Source: Thermodesulfobacteriota bacterium | GTDB taxonomy: Bacteria; Desulfobacterota_D; UBA1144; Nemesobacterales; JAJCZQ01 | Direction: 5' to 3' | Length of the DNA stretch: 64,000 nucleotides | Assembly (NCBI GenBank): GCA_965203965.1 | Contig: CBDBDR010000017.1 | Location: 1,024,001-1,088,000, forward strand | In this document: piece after piece, positions 51,701-59,839 of the stretch | Layout: every line of letters starts with the position of its first letter | Position numbering within the stretch: the stretch's first letter is position 1 | Position numbers and translations under genes: made by a program | Notes under the pieces: generated by a model | The model's input: only the letters and a program-made list of their open reading frames with translations | Database searches by the model: none | Told to the model about the DNA's origin: nothing

Positions 51701-52088
51701 CATGGAGGGAAAGCGAAACAGCACACGAATATATATTTGAAGTATACAAAAGACCATCCCCACCAGGGGAAGTCTTAGTAACAAGCCTCACGCCATTACC
51801 TCCACAAAGATTTGAAATAAATGAGTTATCAGCTCGAGAACGCCAAGAACCAACAACGGGATAAATTCCACCCAGCCAGTACGATCTGCGACTAAGATTA
51901 CCGGGAACCACTACAAGGAGGTTGGGTTCCGCAATTTTATTATTGAGAACTAAGTCTTCATCTTCTATAGCAGTATTCTGCACCCTTTTTGAATAAGAAT
52001 TGTTCAGACAGATAAACGTGAACAAAAATAATAGGAAAAATGGGAAAACGATCTTTCTGAAATTAATTTTTACCATATTAACGATCAT
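45708..52088 (-). CDS. large PilY1/PilC-family type IV pilus adhesin (2126 aa)
   Basis: Signal peptide; C-terminal PilC beta-propeller motifs VYVGGNDGGLHAF, ELFFYVP, DGTP, ALDITNP, MGNSWSSP, and Ca-loop DTNADGYADEVYIGD; Cys-rich N-terminal half. Confidence 0.88.
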   Translation of the reverse strand: MIVNMVKINFRKIVFPFFLLFLFTFICLNNSYSKRVQNTAIEDEDLVLNNKIAEPNLLVVVPGNLSRRSYWLGGIYPVVGSWRSRADNSFISNLCGGNGVRLVTKTSPGGDGLLYTSNIYSCAVSLSLHGYHGYNHTQHRWGQENGLMGYIIQDREGGIRSPSSYDLNTDREIIASHHPAVLSGSDPGRTDRDKSFVDLHKEICRVDDTLLSTVNDNAKPHQRCKIPTPSDNECYSEASARINRNVVTLGAGHVPCCYSIPGNDPVLDRHGTPVSIFSWFDGAGEVNVNNWKVVDSIGNTVTNGGGNAQVSVCRVPSEIRAMQNILVDSVGASQCPSDEYCRFTNPSEVDKPYSPYGAWDSRCSKSDFQDGGQYSHWKCMNTKQKMVYGPYYGPGYNCGCREQCKEVAVSDRDMCYSGCVSRCDGKPINGRDDTSAYLSEMYDFLDADDTIKRAMCEEVSGTDDDLLDASDPGVEMDGNTMDCWTYLNTPFRETYKYVSGLTGDPQTDRPLPLPLANTEEGNHGCYPSGGTNNCRMEDFINEADADELGVRMKLLVSGGSNFTNSDAAKNKSCNYGRSAYRAIVGNPNADPTMLSTNDGHVDGRQLSYFWRLLERLASSNQSTCYTEQDSRAAVVNDTLAMRNVISLHNYAWTRDNLTIHLYNPYFYSLLRGYEQEAYSLTTGSVSSTDRGLKDVWRLLIEQYRTNHLSDYSYDFILGLDDEYIGTSVLNTADSEVRDVPVKLEPSNGSVMCPADSVPYAKYIPELTRELTGMVDILKHSGKFGDLEYLNLHRTMIPYNELGETRNKIKQTVSDLVGGGVCDNGAVCTKDGKLPCESDTSGTAGTCNTYSLCDDPVFQQLISRISLLYDGRGVGVDSQSCELSLNEIVGTFISGEDFASRDSTNPQLLSLDTDIGYTNFITQLKDIYNIGGILFGIPIPAVKPGLNMSQQQVFERFIDLLDIGSITAFRSEIEDFQRERVGLDARKKWTLCPVHNTQLGGNIIEKDALAAFNDFMQNDSSLSCRQQFTVLLATNQAQSNTIDPKLTSHSLRLDRRTQIYPYENVIPNNERINSGSLSLQSSNSSLQAVSNLRTKFVRDPVIINGEPVPKEIFTFVVDVSGLSKPTYLQQLMALTGGTHNSGLIRHDGPGGISVGSIDADSVLPSHVTGYKRTMLAKVAEGGEKLECISNDGSHKNNSNINASYYGACNFDSGKVFGVDYHIQGDERTSIRLNSSFAFSSDASNLSNTLVSIINSIKQFTVTNTPPVIPGVAKPELQDRVYLTVSQPADITQRHLWQGRLAQYRYENGVVKSKNGGTVVSIGTGGQLDQVHASNYVWEAGNQLSLRDIRDISSGGDPRKVITVLEDPIDGLYGGAIEDIDNSLIPSDFGITADDVSRYGPPHGCSGSDVCLKDKIISFLQGNTGIFYDRSDADTDPFGDLCGSGDTPGKPGQCELRLGGIFHSEPKVVGSPSQLFQGINFQAFRNNYNERPAVVYVGGNDGGLHAFHAGNYDTSEHKYDDGTGKELFFYVPPTFLRSPLRVGDGDSFSDGSIIITNSLGDDILSLMIDGDDFTVGGRLTSIQDIKYGKIKDFVLDSPVFQENYAFFDGTPTIKDVFIDGYWNGIGALPTIPGQIESGEWHTILVSGFRNGGSGITALDITNPPSESGVAIGSLPYPVHLWTFTDEDMGNSWSSPVIAKVRLDASDRTADRWVVFVGGGIDPDATNIGSVNEGNAFYAIDLPTGKLLYKFHPTRSQNNTDSSIETVITLTEFNSHRSRMVCELASDPGVFDTNADGYADEVYIGDTCGQLWKFDVSQPLTTGDSIGDTGVSLDSANKVDDRSGDIAAGDWTGRVVFCADCDSTSTGTDYTDPTEDIKQKPAHSPIYYPPVLVPDFNGDIHVVFQTGDRRYPTSNDANSNGRLYSVKSSSFISTDTLQTLLSGPISDTIPTERTIGFFREVRLQNTGGDIGVSEIVDIDSGNPAGLLSGNFVVKYPGAYEKGVGTPFVSNRVLTFTSYDPTIQQSSGSICEQSSIGRSRLYQLNYATGEGAIIIQPSNPNAPPQSTAGMDIGGGIPSTPNVSLTDNGGLLLGISTSGGGAGEAVNSEYSSVELPSLSTSVREVFWQEIW

Positions 52089-52150
52089 TATAACAAATTT
52101 TATAACTATTTTAAAATTGATTTTTAAGATTGCGAAATAAGCACAAAGTA

Positions 52151-52433
52151 ATTCCCCTTCTCAGAAGGGGTGGCAGTCCAAAGGACTGACGGGGTAGTCC
52201 CTTCAACACCTATGAGGTATCTCCCCCATTCCCCTTCTCTGAAGCGGTAGGTAGTCCAAAGGACTGACGGAGTAGTCCCTTCAACACCTAATTAGGTATC
52301 TCCCCCATTCCCCTTCCCAGAAGGGGTGGCAGTCCAAAAGGACTGACGGGGTAGTCTCTTCAACACCTATGAGGTATCTCCCCCATTCCCCTTCCCAGAA
52401 GGGGTGGCAGTCCAAAGGACTGACGGGGTAGTC
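52151..52433 (+). repeat. tandem array of 4 REP-like double-hairpin units (period 77-79 bp)
   Basis: Units at 52151, 52228, 52307, 52385 joined by a near-constant linker CCTTCAACACCTATGAGGTATCTCCCCC. Confidence 0.95.
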
Positions 52434-52641
52434 CCTTCCTTGACACTATTTTTAATGCTATCAAACTAAACTACTGCATCTTAAATATATTTATAAAATT
52501 CCTTGACAAAGTTAATCATTGGTGCAAATAATACTTCAGCAGTTTATTAAACGGTTTGAACACCGCGATTCATTTAATCTTTTCTGTTTTTTCAAATACA
52601 GTTTGTTTTAACTTAATAATTTTCTGAGGATTACAACTACT

Positions 52642-53994
52642 ATGGCAAAAGTTTCCAAGCTACACCCTAAAACCAAAGAGGGGCATAATGTGGAAGTGGG
52701 AAATGGTTCTTTCGAAGCTACGAACAAACCTACTGATCTTCTTACCAACCTGAACGACATCAGGGAAATGAAAAGTTCCGAAATCATTAAAATAGCAAAG
52801 AAAGTCGGTGTTGAAGAAACACCAAGAATGAACAAGCAAGACATGATATACGCCCTGCTAAAGGCACAGAGCAAAAAGCAGGGTAGTGTTATCGTTGCAG
52901 AAGGAGTGCTTGAAATACTATCTGAGGGGTATGGCTTTTTACGATCACCTAAATACAGCTATCTTCCCGGTCCGGATGACATTTACGTTTCCAAATCACA
53001 GATACGTTCGTTCAGTCTGAAAACTGGTGATACCGTGAGCGGACAGGTCAGACTTCCCAGAGACGGAGAAAAGAACCTCGCACTTCTTAAAATTGAATCC
53101 ATAAACTATAGATCTCCTGAATTATCGCGAGATAGAAGTGCTTTTGAAAATCTTGTCCCACTTCATCCGGAAAAAAAACTGATACTGGAACACGACAAAA
53201 ATGATTTCAGCACAAGAATAATGGATCTCTTTATACCAATTGGTAAAGGTCAGAGGGCTTTGATAGTTGCTCCCCCCAGAACGGGTAAAACCATACTTCT
53301 ACAAAAACTTGCGAATGCAATTACAGAAAACAACTCGGAAGTAAAACTCATAGTGCTCCTGATAGATGAAAGACCTGAGGAAGTAACTGATATGCAAAAA
53401 TCCGTTGAAGGAGAAGTTGTCAGTTCCACCTTTGATGAACCTCCACAGAGGCATATACAGGTTGCAGATATGGTGCTTGAAAAAGCCAAAAGATACGTTG
53501 AGGACAATCAGGACGTCGTGATCTTGCTTGACAGTCTGACCAGACTCGCCAGGGCAAGCAACACCGTTACCCCAGCAAGTGGTAGGGTGCTGTCGGGTGG
53601 TATGGAGGCAAACGCACTTCAAAGACCAAAGAGGTTCTTCGGTGCAGCAAGAAACACTGAAGAAGGCGGAAGCCTTACCATTATTGCTACGGCACTTATT
53701 GATACGGGAAGCAGAATGGACGAAGTGATATTTGAAGAGTTCAAAGGAACCGGCAACATGGAAGTTTATCTGGACAGAAAACTTTCAGACAAAAGAGTAT
53801 TTCCTTCTTTTGACCTGCAAAGGTCAGGAACGAGGAAAGAAGAACTCTTATTAAGTGAAGATGAACTTCAAAGAGTGTGGCTCTTGAGAAGAGTTCTCAG
53901 CCCGATGAACACTTCCCAGTCTATGGAATTTTTATTGGATAAAATGAGAGGAACCAAAACTAATAAAGACTTTCTGAATCTAATGAACCATTAG
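52642..53994 (+). CDS. rho: transcription termination factor Rho
   Basis: [43 protein letters not shown]. Confidence 0.98.
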   Translation: MAKVSKLHPKTKEGHNVEVGNGSFEATNKPTDLLTNLNDIREMKSSEIIKIAKKVGVEETPRMNKQDMIYALLKAQSKKQGSVIVAEGVLEILSEGYGFLRSPKYSYLPGPDDIYVSKSQIRSFSLKTGDTVSGQVRLPRDGEKNLALLKIESINYRSPELSRDRSAFENLVPLHPEKKLILEHDKNDFSTRIMDLFIPIGKGQRALIVAPPRTGKTILLQKLANAITENNSEVKLIVLLIDERPEEVTDMQKSVEGEVVSSTFDEPPQRHIQVADMVLEKAKRYVEDNQDVVILLDSLTRLARASNTVTPASGRVLSGGMEANALQRPKRFFGAARNTEEGGSLTIIATALIDTGSRMDEVIFEEFKGTGNMEVYLDRKLSDKRVFPSFDLQRSGTRKEELLLSEDELQRVWLLRRVLSPMNTSQSMEFLLDKMRGTKTNKDFLNLMNH

Positions 53995-54306
53995 TTAATC
54001 AATTTTTACAAGAATATCATCACCCTCAACCTTTACCTCATAAACCTCTATTGGTTCGGTTGCAGGCAGACACGTGGCTTCACCATTTTTAACGTCAAAC
54101 TCCGCCCCGTGATAGATGCAGGTTATTTTGTCGCCATCTATATCACCATCTGATAGAGGCAGAAGTTCATGGCTGCACTCGTCCCTGAAAGCATAAAAAT
54201 TATTATTGACGTTGCAGACCACTATGGAAACACCCGAAACTACAAAGGACTTCATCTCACTGTCCAATACATCTTGAGTTTTTGCCACCTTGTGAAAATC
54301 ACTCAT
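53995..54306 (-). CDS. Rieske-type ferredoxin (suf-associated)
   Basis: CSH...CIYHGAEFD Rieske ligands; start MSDFH overlaps the end of sufD. Confidence 0.9.
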   Translation of the reverse strand: MSDFHKVAKTQDVLDSEMKSFVVSGVSIVVCNVNNNFYAFRDECSHELLPLSDGDIDGDKITCIYHGAEFDVKNGEATCLPATEPIEVYEVKVEGDDILVKID

Positions 54307-55639
54307 TACTGTTCCTCCTGTTATCAAACCATTCACTTGCAACTTTTTCCAGATATAGCTTTACAGGGCCTATGCTCATATTTGCAAAACTCTCCCCAGT
54401 AAAGCCCTCTAACATGATCGCCTGAGCGTCGCTGCGAGAAATTCCTCTTGAGCGAAGATAAAAGAGTGCATTTTCATCCATCTGCCCTATAGTTGCACCA
54501 TGAGTGCATTTTACGTCGTCGTTATATATTTCAAGCTGTGGTTTTGTATCTATCTGTGCAGTATCAGACAACAGCAGGTTCCTGTTGGTTTGCTTTGCGT
54601 CCGTTTTTTCAGCTCCTTCATGAACAATTATTCTCCCGTGAAACACACCCCTTGATCTGTCGTCCAACACACCGTTATAAAACTGCCTGCTGTCGCAGTG
54701 CGGGCTTTTATGCTCAACTTTCATAAAATTATCTATATGCTGCCTGTCGTTGGACATATAGAGACCATTGATCAATGAATCACAACCTTCCCCTCCCAGA
54801 ACTGGATGCACGTTGTTTCTGACTATTGCTCCGCCAAGCAATACCGAATGGGAGTTGAGGTTGCTGTTTCTTTTTTGCTCAACTCTTAGTGTTGACACAT
54901 TGTAGGACTTTTTGCTTTCAAACTCCAGCATGTAGTGTTCCAGATTGCTGTTCTCACCGATAAAGATTTCAGATACAACGTTTGAAAGATAAACGGATTG
55001 TGAAAGTGAAACGTAATGCTCAATTATTTTCAGTTCACAGTTGTCACCTACCACTATCAAATTTCTTGGGTTCACAATGGCTTGCTCATCACCGCTGGAA
55101 ATATAAATAGCATGGATCGGGACATTTAAGACTGTGGATTTAGGAACGTAAACGAACAAACCGTCCTGAAAAAACGCCGTGTTCAAAGCGTTGAACGCCT
55201 CAGTATCAATATTGAGCAATTTACCAAAATACTCGGAAACTATATCATCACTTTTGACAACTGCTTCGGACAAAGAGGATATTAGGACTTTGTCCTGAAC
55301 GCTCCCGATGTTGGACAGTTCTCTGCAAAATTTGCCGTCTGTAAATACGAGCGTATGAGCATCCATTTTATTGAATGAGAATTTCTCAACGTCTTTCTGA
55401 CTTACTCTTCCACTACCATTATCAGGTATATGAAAACTGGATCTTGAGATCGGTGCCAAATTGGTAAATTTCCAGTCCTCATCTCTGAGAGTAGGAAACT
55501 CCAGTCTGCAAAAATGAGTTATTGCATTCTCTCTGAGCGATTTAACGTAACTTGGATACCCATCTATCTCCCCGCTCTTTTTAAACTCATTAAATCCCCC
55601 AAGATAGCTTCCAATTTCAGGACCAAACTTGATTGACAT
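54299..55639 (-). CDS. sufD: Fe-S cluster assembly protein SufD
   Basis: EDWKFT, KPQLEIYNDDVKCTHGAT, FYLRSRG. Confidence 0.96.
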   Translation of the reverse strand: MSIKFGPEIGSYLGGFNEFKKSGEIDGYPSYVKSLRENAITHFCRLEFPTLRDEDWKFTNLAPISRSSFHIPDNGSGRVSQKDVEKFSFNKMDAHTLVFTDGKFCRELSNIGSVQDKVLISSLSEAVVKSDDIVSEYFGKLLNIDTEAFNALNTAFFQDGLFVYVPKSTVLNVPIHAIYISSGDEQAIVNPRNLIVVGDNCELKIIEHYVSLSQSVYLSNVVSEIFIGENSNLEHYMLEFESKKSYNVSTLRVEQKRNSNLNSHSVLLGGAIVRNNVHPVLGGEGCDSLINGLYMSNDRQHIDNFMKVEHKSPHCDSRQFYNGVLDDRSRGVFHGRIIVHEGAEKTDAKQTNRNLLLSDTAQIDTKPQLEIYNDDVKCTHGATIGQMDENALFYLRSRGISRSDAQAIMLEGFTGESFANMSIGPVKLYLEKVASEWFDNRRNSNE

Positions 55640-56400
55640 TACGCGCGCCCCTGAGCAGTGTCGTTCTCTATCCAGCCATAGCCTTTTTCTTCAAGCTCAA
55701 CGGCAAGTTCTTTGCTTCCAGATTTTACAATTTTTCCGTCAACCAAAACGTGGACAAGATCAGGGACAATATAGTTCAGCAATCTCTGGTAATGCGTAAT
55801 TACCAGAAAAGCTCTCTCTTTGCTTCTCATTGAGTTCACCCCGTCCGAAACGATCTTTAATGCGTCAATATCAAGACCTGAATCGGTTTCATCAAGAATA
55901 GAAAGCATAGGTTCTAATATCTGCATTTGAAATATTTCATTACGTTTTTTTTCCCCCCCCGAAAAACCTTCATTTACCGACCTTCTCAAAAGATCATCAT
56001 CTATTCCAAGCTCCTGCATTTTTGCTCTTGCGAGTTTACCAAATTCAACGTGTTTAAGTGGCTTTTCTCCCTTATGTTTCCTGATTGAGTTCAGTGATTC
56101 CCTCAACAGGTAGGTGTTTGCAACTCCCGGTATTTCAATCGGGTATTGAAAAGCAAGAAAAACACCTTCACGAGCTCTTTCTTCAGCTTCCAGTTCCAGA
56201 AGGTCTTTGCCACGGAATGACACCGTTCCCTCTGTTACTTCATAGGAATCTCTTCCGGCAAGTACCTGTGCAAGCGTGCTTTTGCCAGATCCGTTTGGAC
56301 CCATAATTGAATGCACTTCGCCTTTGTTTATAGTTAAATTCAAACCTTTTAGTATTTCTTTACCTTCAACTTCAACGTGCAAATTCTTTATCTCAAGCAT
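55639..56400 (-). CDS. sufC: Fe-S cluster assembly ATPase SufC
   Basis: GPNGSGKST, FSGGEKKRNE, DETDSGLDIDAL. Confidence 0.97.
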   Translation of the reverse strand: MLEIKNLHVEVEGKEILKGLNLTINKGEVHSIMGPNGSGKSTLAQVLAGRDSYEVTEGTVSFRGKDLLELEAEERAREGVFLAFQYPIEIPGVANTYLLRESLNSIRKHKGEKPLKHVEFGKLARAKMQELGIDDDLLRRSVNEGFSGGEKKRNEIFQMQILEPMLSILDETDSGLDIDALKIVSDGVNSMRSKERAFLVITHYQRLLNYIVPDLVHVLVDGKIVKSGSKELAVELEEKGYGWIENDTAQGRA

Positions 56401-56456
56401 CTGTAACTCTCCTGAATTATATTAATTGCTGGAAATGGACTCCAGCCGGGATGATA

Positions 56457-57893
56457 CTAACCAACGCTGCCTTCAAGACTAACGCTTAACAATTTTTCTG
56501 CTTCAACCGCAAATTCAAACGGCAGCTCCTTGAATACCTCTTTGCAAAAGCCGTTGACTATCAATGAGACCGCATCCTCTGCTGATAGCCCTCTTTGCTG
56601 ACAATAAAAGATCTGATCTTCTCCAATTTTTGAAGTGGAGGCTTCATGCTCCATGTGTGCCGTAGAATTTTTAACCTCAATGTAAGGAAAAGTGTGTGCA
56701 CCACACCTGTCACCTATCAGCATGGAATCACACTGTGTATAGTTTCTTGCACTATTTGCGTTTTTTCCTATATCAACAAGCCCCCTGTAAGTATTTTGTC
56801 CCTGTCCTGCGGAAATTCCTTTTGAAACAATAGTGCTGGTCGTCCCTTTACCGACGTGGATCATTTTAGTTCCCGTGTCAGCCTGCTGATGTCTGTTCGT
56901 AAGTGCCACGGAATAAAACTCTCCCACTGAATTATCTCCCTCTAAAATACAACTTGGATACTTCCAAGTTATTGCCGAACCCGTTTCAACCTGCGTCCAA
57001 GATATTCTTGAGTTTTCTCCCAAACACCGTCCGCGCTTTGTTACGAAGTTATAAATACCGCCTATTCCCTCTTTGTTGCCCGGATACCAGTTTTGGATCG
57101 TTGAGTACTTTATGGTCGCATCCTTATGAGCCACAAGTTCCACTACCGCGGCGTGAAGTTGATTCTGATCTCTTTGAGGAGCAGTGCATCCTTCAAGATA
57201 GCTTACGTAACTTCCCTCTTCTGCTACTATCAAAGTTCGCTCAAACTGTCCCGTATTTTCAGCATTGATCCTGAAATAAGTTGAAAGCTCCATCGGACAC
57301 CTGACACCTTTTGGAACGTAAACAAAAGAGCCATCGGTAAATACAGCTGAATTCAAAGCAGCATAAAAATTATCCTTGCGTGGCACCACATACCCGAGAT
57401 ATTTCTTCACAAGCTCCGGATGCTCCTGCACGGCTTCGGACATGGAGCAAAATATAACCCCTGCTTCTGCAAGTTTTTCTTTGAAGGTGGTTATCACCGA
57501 CACGCTGTCAAAAACTGCATCAACCGCCACTCCCGCAAGCATTTTCTGCTCTTCAAGGGATATTCCGAGTTTGTCATAGGTCTCTCTTATCTCCGGATCA
57601 ACTTCATCCAGACTCTTCGGTGCAGGGTTATTCTTAGGTGCCGCATAGTAGCTGATGTCGTTAAAGTCAATTTCAGGATATTTGATAAAAGCCCATTTTG
57701 GTTCCTTCATTTTAAGCCAATGATCATAGGCTTCAAGCCTCCACTCTATCATCCATTTCGGCTCGTTCTTCTTGGAGGATATAGTCCGTATTACGTCTTC
57801 ATTCAAACCTTTTGGCACTACCTCCTGCTCCACTTCCGTTGTAAAACCATATTTGTATTCGCGGTTTGCCAGTTCTTCAAAATCAATGCTCAT
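56457..57893 (-). CDS. sufB: Fe-S cluster assembly protein SufB
   Basis: [31 protein letters not shown] end. Confidence 0.98.
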   Translation of the reverse strand: MSIDFEELANREYKYGFTTEVEQEVVPKGLNEDVIRTISSKKNEPKWMIEWRLEAYDHWLKMKEPKWAFIKYPEIDFNDISYYAAPKNNPAPKSLDEVDPEIRETYDKLGISLEEQKMLAGVAVDAVFDSVSVITTFKEKLAEAGVIFCSMSEAVQEHPELVKKYLGYVVPRKDNFYAALNSAVFTDGSFVYVPKGVRCPMELSTYFRINAENTGQFERTLIVAEEGSYVSYLEGCTAPQRDQNQLHAAVVELVAHKDATIKYSTIQNWYPGNKEGIGGIYNFVTKRGRCLGENSRISWTQVETGSAITWKYPSCILEGDNSVGEFYSVALTNRHQQADTGTKMIHVGKGTTSTIVSKGISAGQGQNTYRGLVDIGKNANSARNYTQCDSMLIGDRCGAHTFPYIEVKNSTAHMEHEASTSKIGEDQIFYCQQRGLSAEDAVSLIVNGFCKEVFKELPFEFAVEAEKLLSVSLEGSVG

Positions 57894-57910
57894 TTTCAGA
57901 CCTCATCATT

Positions 57911-58324
57911 TTATTCTTCTAATACTCTTTCATACAGAAGGTCTTCCAACGTTGTATTTTCCAACAGCTTTATCATGGAAACCTTCAACTTATCCCAAAC
58001 GGGAAGCTGTGTGCAGTTCTCATAAAGTGCGCAGACGCTTTCCTGATCCATACAATCTATGACCCTTATTTCACCTTCCACGGCTTCATAGATGTCTTTC
58101 AGGTTTATTTCCTTAGGTAGCTTACGAAGAAAATAACCACCTTCCGGTCCAACCATTGACCTTACAAGTCCTTTTTTTACAAGACGGGTCATGATCTTTG
58201 CCAGATACTTCTGCGGAATATGTTGAGCCTCAGATATTTCCTTCATGTTCATACGGGGAACTTCATGGTTGCCCATGTAGATCAAAGATCTGACTGCGTA
58301 ATCAAGGGTCCTGCTTACCTGCAT
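57911..58324 (-). CDS. Rrf2 family transcriptional regulator (IscR/SufR-like)
   Basis: DYAVR, YLAKI, GPEGGY; three Cys (IDC..VC..NC); heads the suf operon. Confidence 0.93.
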   Translation of the reverse strand: MQVSRTLDYAVRSLIYMGNHEVPRMNMKEISEAQHIPQKYLAKIMTRLVKKGLVRSMVGPEGGYFLRKLPKEINLKDIYEAVEGEIRVIDCMDQESVCALYENCTQLPVWDKLKVSMIKLLENTTLEDLLYERVLEE

Positions 58325-58370
58325 ATCATATTAAAATAAACTTCGTGTATCTGAGATAATAACATATTAA

Positions 58371-58399
58371 ATACTACTGCTTAGACCGTTTACTGTCAA
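58371..58399 (-). promoter_or_regulatory. sigma70 promoter of the rrf2-suf operon with an overlapping imperfect inverted repeat
   Basis: TTGACA-17 nt-TAGTAT on the minus strand; TAGAC-N8-GTCAA overlaps the -35 box. Confidence 0.65.
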
Positions 58400-58635
58400 A
58401 CTGTCTTTATTAGGCAACAAATCGTAGTTCCAATGGGAAATATCAAGGCAAAAAGGTTAAATTACGTGTTGAATTTTTATCAAATTGTTAGAGTTTGAAT
58501 TTACACACGCGACCGAATATAATCATTACAACAAAGACAATCTATAACAACAAATTAGGCAGGTAATACTGATAAGAGGGTATAGTTATTATTGCATCCG
58601 ATAACGTTAAGAAAAGGCATGGGAAAGTCTTTGCA

Positions 58636-59424
58636 TTGATTTTAGTCATGCTATTCACGTCTGTGATCAGTTGCACCAGAATAAACGACATGTTGATACG
58701 ATCGGAAAAGAGTAATGCTCATGGATCTGAAGAAAATAAAGTAAAATGGGGCTACTCGGAAAAAAATGGACCGGACGTATGGCACCAGTTAAGCCCAAAC
58801 TACTTTCTTTGCTCTGAGGGCAAGAACCAATCCCCAATTGATATTGTAGATGCCAAACCGGTTAAACTCCCAGACGTTACCTTCAATTATAGTCCTTCCA
58901 CTCTTAATATACTTAACAACGGGCATGCAATTGAAGTTAAATACAGCAATGGGAGCTATATTGAGTTTGAAGGCACAAGGTACAAACTGCTACAATTTCA
59001 CTTTCATTCACCCAGTGAACATACTTTATCAGGCAACCTGTTTGACGTGGAAATGCACCTTGTTCACCAAAGCAAGGACGGGAAGTTGGCAGTTGTAGGC
59101 GTGTTGATTGAGAAAGGCAATGAAAACAAAGCGTTCAGTTCAATTTGGGAAAATTTGCCAACCGACGTTGGCAAAGTGCATAAAATTGAAAACCTGTCTA
59201 TAAACGCCAAACACCTGATCCCTAAGAAGAGGTTTTTTTATAGATACGATGGTTCTTTGACCACACCACCCTGCTCCGAAGGGGTCAAATGGATGCTACT
59301 GACGGAGCCTATTGAAATGTCTGGATCGCAGATTGAGGCGTTGAGATCCATTATCCACAACAACAACCGTCCCGTGCAACCTTTGAATGGACGTAAATTG
59401 CTTGTAGACGTTTGTTGTAAATAG
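58636..59424 (+). CDS. cah: alpha-class carbonic anhydrase (exported/lipoprotein)
   Basis: QSPIDI, QFHFH, EHT, EMHLVH zinc ligands, GSLTTPPCSEGV, NNRPVQPLN; start uncertain. Confidence 0.95.
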   Translation: MILVMLFTSVISCTRINDMLIRSEKSNAHGSEENKVKWGYSEKNGPDVWHQLSPNYFLCSEGKNQSPIDIVDAKPVKLPDVTFNYSPSTLNILNNGHAIEVKYSNGSYIEFEGTRYKLLQFHFHSPSEHTLSGNLFDVEMHLVHQSKDGKLAVVGVLIEKGNENKAFSSIWENLPTDVGKVHKIENLSINAKHLIPKKRFFYRYDGSLTTPPCSEGVKWMLLTEPIEMSGSQIEALRSIIHNNNRPVQPLNGRKLLVDVCCK

Positions 59425-59789
59425 TTGTGAATTGAGGGCAGGTTTCAGTCAGTTACAATTTGAAGGTTATCGTTTTGCGGTCTTCCATAGTTGTGAATTG
59501 AGGGCAGGTTTCAGTCAGTTACAATGTCTTGCTCAACAAAGAACCATCAAAATTAGTTGTGAATTGAGGGCAGGTTTCAGTCAGTTACAATAGAATTGTA
59601 GGAACAACAATGACCAAAGGAGTTGTGAATTGAGGGCAGGTTTCAGTCAGTTACAATAATAATCATCGGGGACAGGTGTCATTGCTTGTTGTGAATTGAG
59701 GGCAGGTTTCAGTCAGTTACAATTTTTCACCTTTGCTTGCAACTGAAATATTCGTTGTGAATTGAGGGCAGGTTTCAGTCAGTTACAAT
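59424..59789 (+). CRISPR. type II-C CRISPR array, 6 identical 36-bp repeats and 5 unique 30-bp spacers
   Basis: Repeat GTTGTGAATTGAGGGCAGGTTTCAGTCAGTTACAAT at 59424, 59490, 59556, 59622, 59688, 59754; adjacent to cas2. Confidence 0.98.
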
Positions 59790-59839
59790 AGCTCGCTCTC
59801 AACTGCCCTGCTGGCAAGGGTTTGAGGCTCCTCAGTAAA

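Noticed and set aside
52151..52433. Hairpin arrays as a second CRISPR array
   Set aside because: The ~28-bp linkers are near-identical rather than unique, units are about 49 bp and variable, and copies are dispersed singly and inverted.
55945..55960. G8-A8 run in sufC as a slippage or frameshift site
   Set aside because: It encodes the conserved SGGEKK ABC signature in frame, so protein constraint largely explains it.
59460..59753. Self-targeting spacers
   Set aside because: No match beyond about 10 nt was noticed in the window by eye; not checked computationally.
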